NCBI GenBank assembly: GCA_973895155.1
Contig: OZ316893.1
Coordinates: 7,712,963 to 7,776,962 of the forward strand
Direction: 5' to 3'
DNA length: 64,000 nucleotides
Source: Marsupella aquatica
Taxonomy: Eukaryota > Plantae > Marchantiophyta
Shown: positions 27,301-40,994 of the stretch, piece after piece
How the letters are laid out: the number at the start of each line of letters is the position of its first letter
Position numbering within the stretch: the first letter of the stretch is position 1
Notes under the pieces: generated by a model
Seen by the model: only the letters and a program-made list of their open reading frames with translations
The model's database searches: none
What the model was told of the DNA's origin: nothing
Made by a program: the position numbers and the translations under genes

Positions 27301-28957
27301 ATGTCTAAATTAATTTTGTTTGATATCTTAGCCTGAGATTTCGGGATGATTAATTAGAGCTATTGTCAAGAGATGCTACTCACCTTTTCAAGGGTCTCTT
27401 CAATATCTTCATCACTTAACATCTTACTGCCTTCCTTTTGCAAGACATGATCACAAAATGTGGCAAGTAGCTCTGCGCTACTACTTCCTGCTACATCTTT
27501 ATTGCATAATACCTCGAATCCCTCCTTTAGGGCCTACATAAGAATAATTAACCGATAAATAATCTTAACCTCTATGACCGTGAATGATTGCACAGACAAT
27601 GGCGCCTTACTATGTATCTGCCGGCCTGACGTTGACTTGGAATATAATAAAATCATATATATATGCACAGATCGAGTACGTACTCATCTATGCCAAATCG
27701 ATACAACCTTTTCAAATCAAGCAGTCACATATATAGCCATAACAACATACAGAATATATAGTGGAAGACTTTCAAACCTTGCGGAACTGTGAATCATTGA
27801 GGAAGCAATCTGTTAGGTACTTTGAGTACTTGTCATGAAGTTGAAATAAATTATGAACCAAAGCCTGGCACACCAACTCACAACCTTCACGCTTGTCCTT
27901 CTTATCCGCCTGGAGGTGCATGGAAACAAATAGATCGAGCACTAAGCTCAGTAAATCTCTACAACTTATGGAAACAAAGACCATATCTCTTTGAAATTTA
28001 ACAGTAAGTACGTGGGTTCTCAAAGCCAAGCCAGACTACTTGTTGACATGATGATTATATGAAAGCTAGAACTCTATTGCAGAAACATAGTATATAGCAT
28101 GAAGCTATCTGAAATTAACTGGTAAGGCTCTGTAATATATCGGTCCACAATGGCAAACGTACATGACTAGTACCTACATATAAAAGGAAACTAATACTCA
28201 TTACTAAATCGTATTATGTTTGAACGCATGATGAAAATTGAAACCAACTGCATGAGCTCAAAACACTTTTAGCGCCAGAAATGCTACGATCATAAATATC
28301 AGAATTGAACCAACTAAGTCCCCACAATGAATCATTCACAAGTACCTCTTAAGAATGGCTGCCTCCTCTGTTTGCTTCATCAAAGCTCTTCCTTCATGTG
28401 TTATTTCCTGTATATGATTCAAAGATGTCAAATGACATTATGCAGCCGCAAGCTAGTGATGAAGAAACTATTACTAATATATACAGTGTATAATAGTTTC
28501 TTTGGAACATATTTGAAAATTTCTTAATGTTTTCCTTTTCTCGGTTGATTTACTTCGCAAAATAATCTCGATATTACAATTCTTACCACAAGTTCCCTCT
28601 ACTGATGACGTCAAGTTTGAAGGACCTTATATAGTACATATCTATAGAATTTGGTAGCCTGGGTAAACAAACCTGTGTAAATATGGCGGCCATTGACTCG
28701 GTTCCCTTGGGAATCCTAGAGAAGAGTTTGTACATCCTGGAGAGATCATTTACCTGTATGCAGTATGGCGGGGCAGTATAGTTATTGTTTTAATTGTTAA
28801 GCATATGCATGTATCGATCACCCACCGCAATACCATGTAATATTTAAAGAATAATAGGAGCTCAAGCTCAGTATCCATCTATACACTAGCTAGCTATTCC
28901 ATGATGAATGGAAGAACATGTATCTGAATTTACTAAGAAAAAAGACATGCAAAAAGC

Positions 28958-28989
<32 letters not shown>

Positions 28990-31704
28990 AAATTACAGAT
29001 ACGTTTGCTAGCAATTGTTACTTGTATTAATTTGTATATTATATATCTACTAGCTTTCAAACAATACTTACGCATACAATGAACTGTAGACATTGATGGA
29101 AGATAGACGCACACCTTGTTACTCCTCATAAGAGCATGAAGGCCTGACCATTCGTTCTTTAATAGGTGATCCTCATACTTGACAAGCAGCTCGTGTTGGA
29201 CTCTCTGCAGCATCATAGGACTAAGAACATGAAGAAAGCACAAGACCAACGTACAGTCGAATATTTCCAATATCAAAGTTTTAAAACAAGGCCACCTCCC
29301 TCAGTATTATTGATATATCACGTATATTCATAAAAGTGGTGTGTTGGATTTCTAAAGTAAAAACTGACCCCCTTGCCATGTAGAATGATCTCTTCACCAA
29401 GAAACCGTGTCATGATAATCCCGACTTATAGGTTTCTGCCTTAATTGATCGAAGATATATAGAAAAATACAACTTCAAAGGAAAATTTAGCTACAAAGAT
29501 GAGACTTGCACATACCTCCAACAGTTTTGATTCACTGCTCACATGCAGGTAATTCCCTACACTCACACTTTCTCTCTGAAGACATTCTTCAACCTGCATA
29601 GATAATTGAGCACAAATCACTAATTAACCACATCTGTATTAATTAATTAATGATTCCACAATCTGGTCACGAGGTCTCTCTCTCGATCTTTCTCTCTCTA
29701 GCTATATATAATGCCTGTATCATGGAACGTACAGTGAATGACACAAACCTTGAGCAAATAATCTTGGCAACAATTGCCTTCAACCCAAGATGTAGCCTTC
29801 TTGGAATAATAGGCTGCAGTTTCTGTGATCATTGCAAGCTCGAAGTCCCTTTCATAGACATCTATGCCACCAAAGCCCATCTCCTCAAATATCTGCACTG
29901 ATTTCTTAACCAGGGCCCCATCAATTTGATCACCTTCTCTTTCTCGCTCAATCTGTACATATATATGTCGATCACATCAAACAAGCTTTCATATATATAT
30001 ATATATATATATATTTGCATGTTGCAATTGATCAACTCACAACTACTGACTAAATTAATAGTGAGGGCGAAAAGATAAATATTAATTTGAATGGTATATA
30101 TATTTGAATTGTCTCTACCAGTATGATCAGTGCGTCCTTGACATTGTTCTTGATTTCTGCATAAACCTGCGCACAGAGTTTCATAAGCCAATGAACTGTA
30201 AATTTGAGTTCATGTAATATTGAGGGTGTCCCAATTAGAAGCTAGGTTTTCCTATATGGCTATGATCAACTAGCTAGATACATGCAACTCGTGACTAAAT
30301 TCCTCATCCGAATTAACTGAGATGATTGAAGAATTAAACCAAGAGCCAATGGAACAATGGTTAAGATTATATATAGATCAATGCATGACGATAATTCTAA
30401 TAATTGCATGGACTGTATTTCATTGGAAAATCTTAGAAGAGGGTTGCTGAATTAGAAAGATTTCCTGTAAGATATTAATTATAAATGCAACTCGATCATG
30501 ACAGGAGATAGTTAAGTAAGTGATTACGATAACAGTCCTACTTGATTAAGATAAGTACTTGCCAATTCAAAACAACATCCAAGAACAACGCTTATTGAGA
30601 TTATTGATGAAGCTACCTGATTACGAAAGTTTCTCAAACCAACTTCATATAGAGATGGCAAGGCCATCCTTGGAATGAAATAAAGGCTCAAGTAGCCAAA
30701 GAACTTTGTGAGCCAATGAACTGTAATTTTGAAGTGATCCAAACGCTTAACCAACTCTCTCAAGAGAGTTTCATGATGCTTGTCTTGCAGGGAAGGAAGA
30801 ACCTGCAAAATCTTGAAATCAGTCAAATAAACTCGATCATATATATATATATATATCATTTCATCGAACCGCATATATATTACATGAAGTGAATTACCTA
30901 CTGCTTAAGTACAGCTTCTACTGTTTTTCAAATATAAGTGAAGTCACATAAACTCATATTAATATCATTTCATAGAAGGCATTAATTACATATATGAAAT
31001 CAATTAATTATCTACTGCTTAAATACAGCTTCTACGTATACTCTTTTCAAACACAAGTACAGTTTCATGCATCCAAGCTAGCTAGGAACTGGGAAGGGAA
31101 CTACAGTCCAGACTTGAGATCCCTTCACCTACGTACAAGTTAACTTTCACACGAAATTCTCTTTTTTATGCACAGTTGCATGGTTGAACAGTATTCATTG
31201 GCATGAATAAAATAAAATAAAATTAACGCTTACATACCGTTTTGTTGATGTACTCCTCGATGACCTCTTTGTACCTGTCATATAACTTTTGCTGGTTGTC
31301 ATGAGTGCCCTTTTGCGTGCACAGATTATATATTACACTGGAACCAGGTTAAGGAATACTTAGATTTATAAACAATAGTAAGACCTTGAAAATCAGCATT
31401 CGTCTGTTGTTCTCTATCTGACAATCCGTCTGACAATTAAAATGCATATATGATCGAGCTAAAATTAGCTAGGAGGATACTCAAATAGAGCGATGTATTC
31501 CTTGGAGGTAAACTGTACTTCCTGCACCCCCTCCAACAGGTTTGTTAGCTTTGAGATGCCTCTCTGCAAGTGAATACTTCCCTGCAGCTCAAGGTTTACA
31601 AAGTTCTGTTCATTATTTGGGGTCCCTGTCCTCAAATCTTCACTGAGATTCTTTCTCCTTTGTTTTCTTCTTGAAACAACTTGCCAGCTGCCAGAGTCTT
31701 CCAT
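24339..31704 (-). CDS. CUL1: Divergent Cullin-1-like protein, many exons
   Basis: Exon 1 31481-31704; exon 2 31238-31337 ([34 protein letters not shown]); then [43 protein letters not shown]...[17 protein letters not shown], neddylation region [13 protein letters not shown], and last exon [33 protein letters not shown] (TGA 24339-24341). No stops in the exons I translated. Confidence 0.92.
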
Positions 31705-32876
31705 TTAACATTGCACCGTCTTAAAAATCAATACAGCCGCCCTAGTTTTTGACTTGCAAAAAGTTGCCCGGTTGCCTCTTTCGACTAGAGTCCGTGCATG
31801 AATTGCCAATTGTAATTAAGCCCAGAAAGTAAATCCACTGCACACAAGAATGCCAGGCCACAAATATGCCTCAGATCGACCGAGCACCTTCTCAAACCCA
31901 TTAATTGACAATGTTGACAATGGGGATTGAAAAAAAACGATGATGCTCTGGTTCATGCTTCAAGAGATATATGCAATGATTATATATTTGTGAAACTTCA
32001 ACCTAAGGCTCAGGTTCTAGCTAGGAGACTGACTATAATTAATATCCATGCATATATATTAGCCGGGATGAATGGTTGTACTTTGGCAGAGATGCAGAGA
32101 GCCCTCTAGATAGAGGAGGAGCTAATGACGCTAGCACAACGGATATATGAGTGCCAGAAAACCTTGAATAGTATATATGGTGGGCAGACTGAAACTAAGA
32201 TCGAGCCACTAATTAATGACATAACGCCAGAAACAAACTGCCCACTTACAGAATTACTGTGAAAGGCGCGCCGGTGCTTGACTAATGATGGAAATGAAGG
32301 GCTACTGATTAGATACAGACAATTTAATCTAAATGACATATAATGGACCCTGTCAAAGAAAGTAGCTGAGAATCCTTAATTTGGTTGACAAACCTTCAAA
32401 AGCGTATGGCAATATATCCTTTGGTTGACCAAAAACTCACTATTGACGTACAGGAGGTAGATAACAAGATCGATCATTGTAAAACATGTACTGTGAGCCA
32501 GAGAGCCAGGATCGTACCTGAATTGATCGAAAGAGCGTGCGGACCGGAGTCGACTGAAATTCTTGCCGGTCCTCCAATCTCGTCCAAACGCACTTTGCTA
32601 GTACGTGTGCACTCGACTCCAACTTTCCCTGTATATACTAGCTGGTGCCAGCTAGGAGGTATGCACGAAGGAAAGCTCGAGCTCAAACTAACTAATTAAA
32701 GCTCTTGCTACGTTAGAATACGAGTTGAGTGGCAACACTGAAATGCTCGGGGTAATTTCTGGCGCCAAGAGAGAGAAGTGGAGAATGAGAGAGAATGACA
32801 AGAGGCCCTAGTTATATACTCTTATTCGGCGCGCGGATGGAGAGGAGAACCGCTCCGAAGTGATCAATGACCGAAA

Positions 32877-33064
32877 AAGCAAGTGCATCTCCTAGCCTTC
32901 TTACCTGGACCAAGTACGTACATGATTGAAGCAAATTAATACTAACCAAATACAGGAAGGAAATTGATCGACTAAGCAAGTGCATCTCCTATATAACCTC
33001 CTTCCCTGGACCAGGTACTACGTTGAAGCAGATACTAACCAAGGACAGGAACGAAATTGACTAA
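32877..33064. repeat. Imperfect tandem duplication, unit about 95 bp
   Basis: Two copies of AAGCAAGTGCATCTCCTA...CCTGGACCA.GTAC...TTGAAGCA...ATACTAACCAA..ACAGGAA.GAAATTGA. Confidence 0.8.
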
Positions 33065-34651
33065 CAACGGTACCCCCTCATTATAAGGGCAGCATTTAAG
33101 TAGTGAATTTCTACGAAGACGACTTCAAGCCGCGCGTAGTCCAGAGTAGTGGATCAGTCTCTCTCTTTCGGATCGATCGAGATGATACTAGCTAGGATTC
33201 TGCACTAGCTAGAGGAGTTCAGCCATCCATGTAGCCCAGGCACGTGGCTCCAATTAGTTTACCTGTGGTCAGAGCAAAATATGATAGGCGAGGTGTAGGT
33301 CACATATATGGCTGGATTCTTTACAGAGGACTAATGCAATCCAACCATCCAAAATTAAGTCGCTTGTGTCAATGGTATCGATTACTGTGGCCTTACAGCT
33401 GTCCAGACATGTCACTCTACTATATTACTATATATAGCTGTATAAAACTTCCAACGTACTGATCGACCTGTACCTAGAGCATGCAAGGTAGGCGCGCTTG
33501 GTGAGGTGTAGGCCGCGTAGCCAGATATTTTTAAATAGAGGCTCGATCTGAATCAATCCCAACCCTGGAAAATGAGGTACATCGGTAGCTTTCCCAAGTT
33601 ACCATTTACCATCTTGTGAAAGTCTAAGTGTGCACAGTTACATATATAGTTTTAGCGGGAGTTTTAGCAGTGAGTGGCAAATTACGGCTGTGGTGCTCTG
33701 ACCTTCCAGTTCATTCTGTGCTGCTCTTCAATTCTCCCATGTCCCCGCCTTTTAATTAATTTCTCTGCTATCCACTACATTGCTCTCCACTACATTGTTA
33801 CGTACACTCAGTTTATTTTTATATAATATGGAGCCCGATATGGAGTGACGTACGGGCCAGATATATTGCACCTGCCGTGCAAAAGCTTATATCGGAGTCA
33901 CTACGTACGTACTACTCAAGTAAGAATCTCAAGTAAGGGAGGAAGGGAGGGCCAGGCATGACCAATTAATTAATCAAGTCACCTAAGTACGGCAAGCATG
34001 CTAAGACTATGGGTAGTTAGCTTGAGATGCTAGGGATAGATACCAAATTGAGACCCACTAATTAATTTAACCACCCTTGGCACAAAAGCAGATCGAGGGT
34101 ACGTGGGTTAGGCTAGGCCAACCAGGCCAGGCCAGTTTATGCACAGAAGCACAATAGGATAAGGCCGAGTCAAAATGGGATCAAGAGAAGGGCAGGAGGC
34201 AGGAGGCAGGGATGGAGGTATGGAGGGGCCAAGCCAGACCGACCAAGCAGCCCAATTAAGCCACCAAAGGGGAGGGCGCGAGACTCAGTCTGCAACAACG
34301 AGGCAACCTAAGCTCAAAAGTATTGTGACACAAACCCATATAGGAAGGGGGAGAGGGAGGGAGGGAGGCATGCAGGGAGAGGGGGAGGAAAGAAGGTACC
34401 GGACAAGCTAGTCCAGTTCGAGCATAGAAACAAATACAGGTCGTCTTATTATATACCTTAATTAGTCTACGTACGTATAGTGATTTCCAGATCGAGCGAA
34501 GGTCAGTCGATTGCTCAATTTATCATTATCTTCTTTTCTTATCATTTTACTTGTTCAATCAGCGTTCAAGTGTCGACACATCTTTGAAACTGGCTAAGAG
34601 CAACGGCCAAGATAGAAGCATTCCCAACACAGTACGTAATGGTCGATAGTC

Positions 34652-35210
34652 TACTGCAAGTCGTGACTACTGCAAAAACAATTGGAGGCTTTGACATGCA
34701 CTGAAATATATACTGCAGTGTAGAATTGAAGTTCCCGTGGAGATGTTTTTCATTGCTTTCCAGACTCCGATTGTGAATTCACTTTTGCCGAACTTTTCCC
34801 ATATCAGGGTGTGTTAGTATACACAGGAAGAGATACACACAGGAAGAGATACAGATCCAACTGTTGGTCCACAGTGCTTCAGAGGTAAGGTTTTCAATCT
34901 GTTCGGGAACCTGTTGATATACTCCACTTGCTTTCTTAATTAATTAGCATTTAAGTTGTTGAGGGATTATAACCCCGGCTTAGAGCAGTAGCACGTACAA
35001 GAGCACCCCACCCAGTAAGCTAGATCTGACAGGAAGCAGGTCGATGGATCGATAGCTAGTTTACTGCAAGTCGTGACTACTGCAAAACAATTGGAGGCTT
35101 TGACATGCAGTAAAATATATACTGCGGTGTAGAAGTTCTCGTGGAGATTTTTTCATTGCTTTCCAGACTATAGGGTTTCCGATTGTGAACTCACTTTTGC
35201 CGATTTTTTC
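34652..35210. repeat. Pair of about 150-bp direct repeats (34652-34800 and 35062-35210)
   Basis: TACTGCAAGTCGTGACTACTGCAAAA...CAATTGGAGGCTTTGACATGCA...CATTGCTTTCCAGACT...CCGATTGTGAA.TCACTTTTGCCGA occurs twice. Confidence 0.85.
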
Positions 35211-35537
35211 CGATTAGGTTGTGTTCGATCTGATGATTTCTGAGGAGCGATATTGATCTGGATATATTGCACGGTCGTCCTTGAGGTTCGCTCGATCTCA
35301 TTAAGGAAATGATTAACTGCTAGTTGGAGGATATGCATGGTTTGGGTGCAGGGTATTTCCCAACATTCCCCCGGTAATTCATTGTTTGATAACAAAGAAG
35401 TAGGTATTCCGGCCATCTTGGGGTAATGCACCCAAATTACCTGCTGAAGCCCACAGGTACCAGGGTATATCACACTCTGAGTATTTTGACCTCTCCCCTA
35501 CGTGTCTCCGGGGAATTTAGCTACGTACAACCACCCA

Positions 35538-36010
35538 CTTGTGAGGGGGTATTGTTGGGCTATTCGGACGGATGGCTCCAATTGCAGGCGTGCAGGTGTA
35601 GGCTGTGGCGTCAGTGGATGTATTGGAGGATGATGTGCATCGCAACCATTCAATTCCCCCCACGAGGATGGTGAAAGCTAGTCCTACTTGCGATGGGGTA
35701 TTGCTAAGGTATTGTGACGGATGTGCTCCAATTGAAGGTGTACAGGTGTAGGCTGTGGCGTCCGTGGATGTATTGGAGGATGATGTGCATTGCAACCATC
35801 CAATTTCCCCCCGTGAGGATGGTGAAAGTCCTACGTGTGAGGGTATTGCTTGTGTATTCAGACGGATGTGCTCCAATTGCAGGCGTGGAGGTGTATGTTG
35901 TGGCGTCCATGGATGTATTGGAGGATGATGTGCATCATCGCAACCATCCAACTACCCCCCGTGAGGATGGTGAAAGTCCTACTTGCGATGGGGTATTGCT
36001 GGGGTATTCT
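35538..36010. repeat. Tandem repeat, unit about 148 bp, about 3.2 copies
   Basis: GGTATTG...GACGGATG.GCTCCAATTG.AGG...TGTGGCGTC..TGGATGTATTGGAGGATGATGTGCAT...GAGGATGGTGAAAG recurs three times. Confidence 0.9.
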
Positions 36011-36339
36011 GACTTGGGAGGGGATATTTCTAAGGTATTTTGATGGTATTTGCTGGATGTGCGCAGATTGGAGGCATCCAGGGGTCCACTGTGTGCCATC
36101 CGTGGATCTTGTGTGCCGGTATTTTGAAGGTATTCCGGGGATGTAGTGTTATTGGAGGCGTACATGGGAGGTGGATCCGTGGAAAAATTCATGGATACTT
36201 GGGGTTACTTCATTCAAATTGACAGACATACAGATTTGACAATGTTTGATTATTTAGGAGCATGCGCACGAGTCACAAAACTAGACATATATAAACCCCA
36301 AGCCCCTTCACCAGACGATGTTCTAGGTATCTGACTACC

Positions 36340-39045
36340 TCAGTCTTCAGCAACATTTTGTACAGCATTCTCGGGGAAGATCCTTTGCTTGCCTTCCGCA
36401 TTGAGAACCGGTAGATCTCTAATGATTACTCTGTTATGCTCTAGAGCCCACCTGGCCACCATGTCTAATAACTCAGACGCAGTCTTTTGAGCATGTTTGG
36501 TGAATGGTTTGGGGGAAGTCTTTGATCGCTTGTTTGTGTCTGCAACAAACATGCACAGCTTGGCATCCACTTCGCATGTCTTCATCAATCCCATGGCTCT
36601 CATGCAGACCACTAATTTGGCGTCTTTAGTGAGTGTGTCAAAGTCCTGCAAAAGTTTCAGAAAGATCTCGGGGGGGGTCACTATATGAAGGGTCATACAT
36701 CACGTGCGACGGTTTGGGTCATTTATGACCCTCCTAAGTCACTTTCTAGAAAGTTGTACGGCACCAATCATGTGATGACATGTATGCATTTTGCAATTAA
36801 ACAACCCTATATTTCCATAGAAGACTTAATAAGTCTTCTGCCAAAACCATTTAAATGGCCCTATACTTCGTCGCACATGATATGCCACTTCCATGGAAGT
36901 GACCCCCCCGAGAGAAAGATAGGGTGGATGTTTAAAAGCACAACAACGGCCCCTCACATCCGAAAACAACTTACACAGCATATGATGCTAAACAGGATTT
37001 TTATATTTGTTTACGTAGTGCGGCTGAACTTATATGTACTTACTATGTTTGAGTCTTCAGCAACTTGTGATTTTCCACTTAATCTGCTCCTAGTTCCTTG
37101 CGCACACGGAACTTCTGCCTTGTTTTCCTGAACATATATATAAAATGGGCAGATCATGAAACCTTAAGACCATTATGTTCTACCTCCACCTCATATCGTG
37201 AATGTAAGGTTCTTTATTGGGCCCAGCTTACGCAAATCAAATTTCTAATATGGTTTTGAATCATTTCCTCATAGCGTTGTAAATAAGATCACAGTGAGTT
37301 AAGTAGCATTCATTTGTACATTAGAAACTAAGTACGTTAGCAACTCCCATCTCTCTCTCTCTATATATATGTATATATATATGTATATATATATGTGAAA
37401 CACAAAGCAAGTAGTGGTGGCCCTTGGTCAATATATAATGCAATCATATTCATAACCTGTCTAGCTTGTGCCGTTCATAGAGCGATGCAGGTATGCTATC
37501 TATGTAGTGAGTACTATACCTCTTCCCCGGCTTTCTTCATAGCATTTTTAGGGAAGATCCTTTGTTGGCCATCGGCATTTAAAGCCGGAAGATGTGTAAC
37601 GATCACTACATTCTGCTCTACAATCCACCTGGCCACCATGTCCAATAACTCTGATGCATTCTTCTGAGCGTGTTTGGTGAATGGCTTGGGGGTAGTCTTT
37701 GACCGCTTGTTCGTATCTGCTACAAACGTGCGCAATTTGGCCTCCACTTTGCAGGTCTTCATCAAAACCATGGCTCTCATGCACAATACTAGTTTGGCGT
37801 CTTTGGTGAGCTTTTCAAAATTCTGCAAAAGTTACAGTCTTTGGTGAGCTTTAAAATATGGTACTAGTATACCAATGACAAGCTATAAATGATTATTTAC
37901 AGAATCATGCAAAACTTCTCAGTATATGCTTACTATATTGGAGTCTCTAGAAGCCTGGGACTTGTTACTTCTCGTCGACCGGGTTCCTTGAGCACACAAA
38001 ACTTCTTCCTGGTTTTCCTGTACATATATAATGACCACATAATGAGACCACAAGAGTACGTTCCACACATACAATTTTTGTCTACACATTGTACACAATG
38101 ATCGCTGCAACCTAATAAAGACTGCTGGCTTACAATGGATGGAAATAAGAAATCATACCATGTTTTTGCTGGTCAACAACCGTTCCCTTGCATCCTCCTG
38201 TACCTTTGTTGAAATAGCTCTAAATGAAGGTACGTTTTCTTTGCCTGGGTTCGGACCCTTGCCTCTTCGTGCTCTACTCAATGGTTGATTTAGGTCCCAA
38301 ATGCTTGCAAGGACTCCACCTTGTTCCTTCTTGGTCTTAACCTGCCATGCATATGTGGATGTGCAAATCATTGTATATATTGGTGAACCTAGGCTCAAAG
38401 TAGAATGAATTGCAAAGTCATATACATCACTTACAATAGAACTTTTAGGCCATTATAATAATTGCAATATACAAAACTTATACATACAATGATATATGAT
38501 ATATACCTTGGACAGTAGCGGGTTGTTTCCCCCTGCAGGACTGCTCTCAATCTTTTGTCTTTTTACCTGAAAAATAAGTATAAAGCAAACTCGGTGTCTT
38601 AATTATAATTACGTACGTATGATATATAAGAACGCAACTAGGATGACAAAATACTCGTACCTCCGGTTCCGGTTGATCGTTAGGCCTTATATTAGTGTCT
38701 TCATCATCCTCGTCAGATTCAATGTAAAGTTGGGTTGATGTAGTGAAGCAATCAACTTGCAAGTTGATAGTTGATGTTGACAATGTTTTCTCCTGGCTGC
38801 ATGTAGTGGTATCCAGTACTTCAGTATCCTCGCTTGGCTCTCCATCGCTGGACCTGACTGCATCATCTGCTTTGCTTTCCTCTCTATGCTCTATTTCCGC
38901 CCCTCCCTCTGCATCTTCTTCATGGCCAGCTAATGCCAACACTCGCTTCTTCGGTTTTGAAAGAGGGTTTTCCTCAACGTCAGGCATCTCCGGTAACCCC
39001 GCTCCATTGGAGGCCTTTCCTGAGACAGCAGAATCCTCAGGAGAG
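36340..39045 (-). CDS. Multi-exon gene of unknown function with a tandemly duplicated two-exon module, probably transposon-associated
   Basis: Phase-0 GT-AG exons: acidic exon about 38660-39045, VKRQKIESS..., VKTKKEQGG..., then [ENQEEVLCAQGTRS + NFEKLTKDAKLVLCMRAM...] and its paralogue [ENKAEVPCAQGTRS + DFDTLTKDAKLVVCMRAM...]. Start not located. Confidence 0.55.
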
Positions 39046-39760
39046 GGGGGAATTTACAAACGACAGCAAACAGATAACAGTAACAGGAAACAGATTCTGG
39101 TACCAATTAAAAGGAGCTGTTACCAGTGAACAGTGTTTGGATGGTCGTGAACAGTTATCTTAAAAAAAGGTCTCAAAATCTCCATTTGAAAGTACAAGAA
39201 TAGAAAACAAAACCACCAAACCCTCGTGATAAATAAAAGAACAACAAGGAAACAATTTTTTGAAACATAAAAGACGGCTGCCAATTGAGATACACAAAAT
39301 CCAAGACAAATACAAGTAGAAAAGAAAGGCCGGAAAAAACATTCGCAAATATTATCACAAAATAGAAAACGCGCTCGGCTTAAGTGATACAAAATGCAGT
39401 TATCAACATCAACAATCTGGCCTAAAAATCCCATCCATTCCATGAAGTCACGGTCGACACCATCGGAGGTTTTCGACTAATACATGAACAACGCTCGGCG
39501 CTAGCCAAAAACTAACTAGAAAACTAGTCGTTTCTTGGAGACAAGATGCGTCCAAACCCAGACAACATAGTCAAGATCCATTCCCTCCCACAAAATCCGT
39601 TGTCGTTTCAATAGCACCCGGCGCTAGCCAAAACCTAAATAGTAGACAACCGGGAAAACTCTAACGCTAGAGCTGAGGTCGACTTCAATGCCACAAAATC
39701 CGGAAAACTTTAGCAGCGCCCGGCGCTAGCTTAAAGCGATCAGCAAAACGAAATTTCCAT

Positions 39761-40222
39761 CTAGCTTTCCGAGTTGCAATCATCATCCACTCCTGCTGCT
39801 TCTCTCCGCCGATCTTTCTTGAAGCCGAGACCACGCAAACGAACATATCCCTCTAAAGGTCCTCGACGAACAGCCCTCGTAAAATATTCATTAGGAATAT
39901 TACTGTCCTTAAAATCAACTCGCCCGAACATTTCTTGTACTCTTCGATCGATTGGGAGTACCCCATCAACAAGAACTCCCGGGTGAGACGAAAACCGACT
40001 AGAGAACGGAGGCGCAGGGGAATCGACAATCCAAGGGATGTTCTTCTCTCCAGGACTAATAGCCTCATCATACGGGAGAGCATGACGGTTCCAAAAAGTG
40101 GAAGTTTCAGTTTCTTCAGTCTCCATCCGCGATTCAAAAGAGCTTAAATGGCTCTCTTCCGGACGCACACGAGAAGGACGAAAAGCTGCCTCCCAATCCA
40201 TTGGCTCATACTGACTTGTCAT
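39761..40222 (-). CDS. Hypothetical 153-aa protein, probable transposon accessory gene
   Basis: ATG-to-stop ORF with plausible composition, co-oriented with neighbouring minus-strand genes and bracketed by AGCGCCNGGCGCT palindromes. No recognisable domain. Confidence 0.4.
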   Translation of the reverse strand: MTSQYEPMDWEAAFRPSRVRPEESHLSSFESRMETEETETSTFWNRHALPYDEAISPGEKNIPWIVDSPAPPFSSRFSSHPGVLVDGVLPIDRRVQEMFGRVDFKDSNIPNEYFTRAVRRGPLEGYVRLRGLGFKKDRRREAAGVDDDCNSES

Positions 40223-40369
40223 GTTTCAAAGATCCCAATCTAATATGTAACCTCTCCTCCCGTAAGAACGTCGTCCGCGAGTGCTATAGCCGACAAAGGT
40301 CAAAGAAAGGTCCGCAAAGACTAAGACGCCAGATAAAGGTCTGCGTACACTACCGTTCCGAAACGACCA

Positions 40370-40720
40370 TCAAACTATCATCGTCCCATTCTATTGCCTC
40401 CCAAAACTATCTTCGCCTTGGTAACAGGTATCGTCCCGTTCTATCGCCCTGCTCTAACGTCCCGTTCTATCGTCTTCCCGAAACAAAGTCTTCCCAAATG
40501 AACTATCGTCTTGTTCTATCGTCACATTCTATCGTCCTCCCGAAACAAAGTCTCCCCTCCCGTTCTATCGTCCCGTTCTATCGTCCTCCCAAAACTATCG
40601 TCGTCCTCAACTATCGACGTCCCCAACTCTCGTCGTCCCGAACAAACCTAAATTGAAACTATAGTCGTCCCTTCCGCCCGGTCCCTAAACTATGGAATCA
40701 TCATCCCGAAACTATGGTCC
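40370..40720. repeat. Degenerate array of CTATCGTC / CCGTTCTATCGTC short repeats
   Basis: More than 10 copies of (A/T)CTATCG(T/C)C variants immediately upstream of the minus-strand 39761-40222 ORF. Confidence 0.8.
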
Positions 40721-40994
40721 CCAACGGCTTTCCGACAACTGACTAAAGAACACAATCCAAATGGCAGTTGGTATCCAATGACGATGACCATTGACAGGAA
40801 ATGACAAAGACTAAACGGCCATTTAGAGATTCCATTTGGCGAGCGCCAGGCGCTTGTAAAGAACAGAAGTCAAAAGTAATCAACAAGTAGAGAGAAATTA
40901 ACAATTTAAAAGGACCCTCAGCAGAGGGAAATAATACAGATGTTACAAGCGCCGGGCGCTGCTAAAAGATTTAGCCTCAACTACCCACTACTTC

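Noticed and set aside
35300-35500. Left terminus of the methyltransferase-bearing element
   Set aside because: No TIR, Helitron hairpin-CTRR end or TSD could be identified confidently, so the element class remains unassigned.
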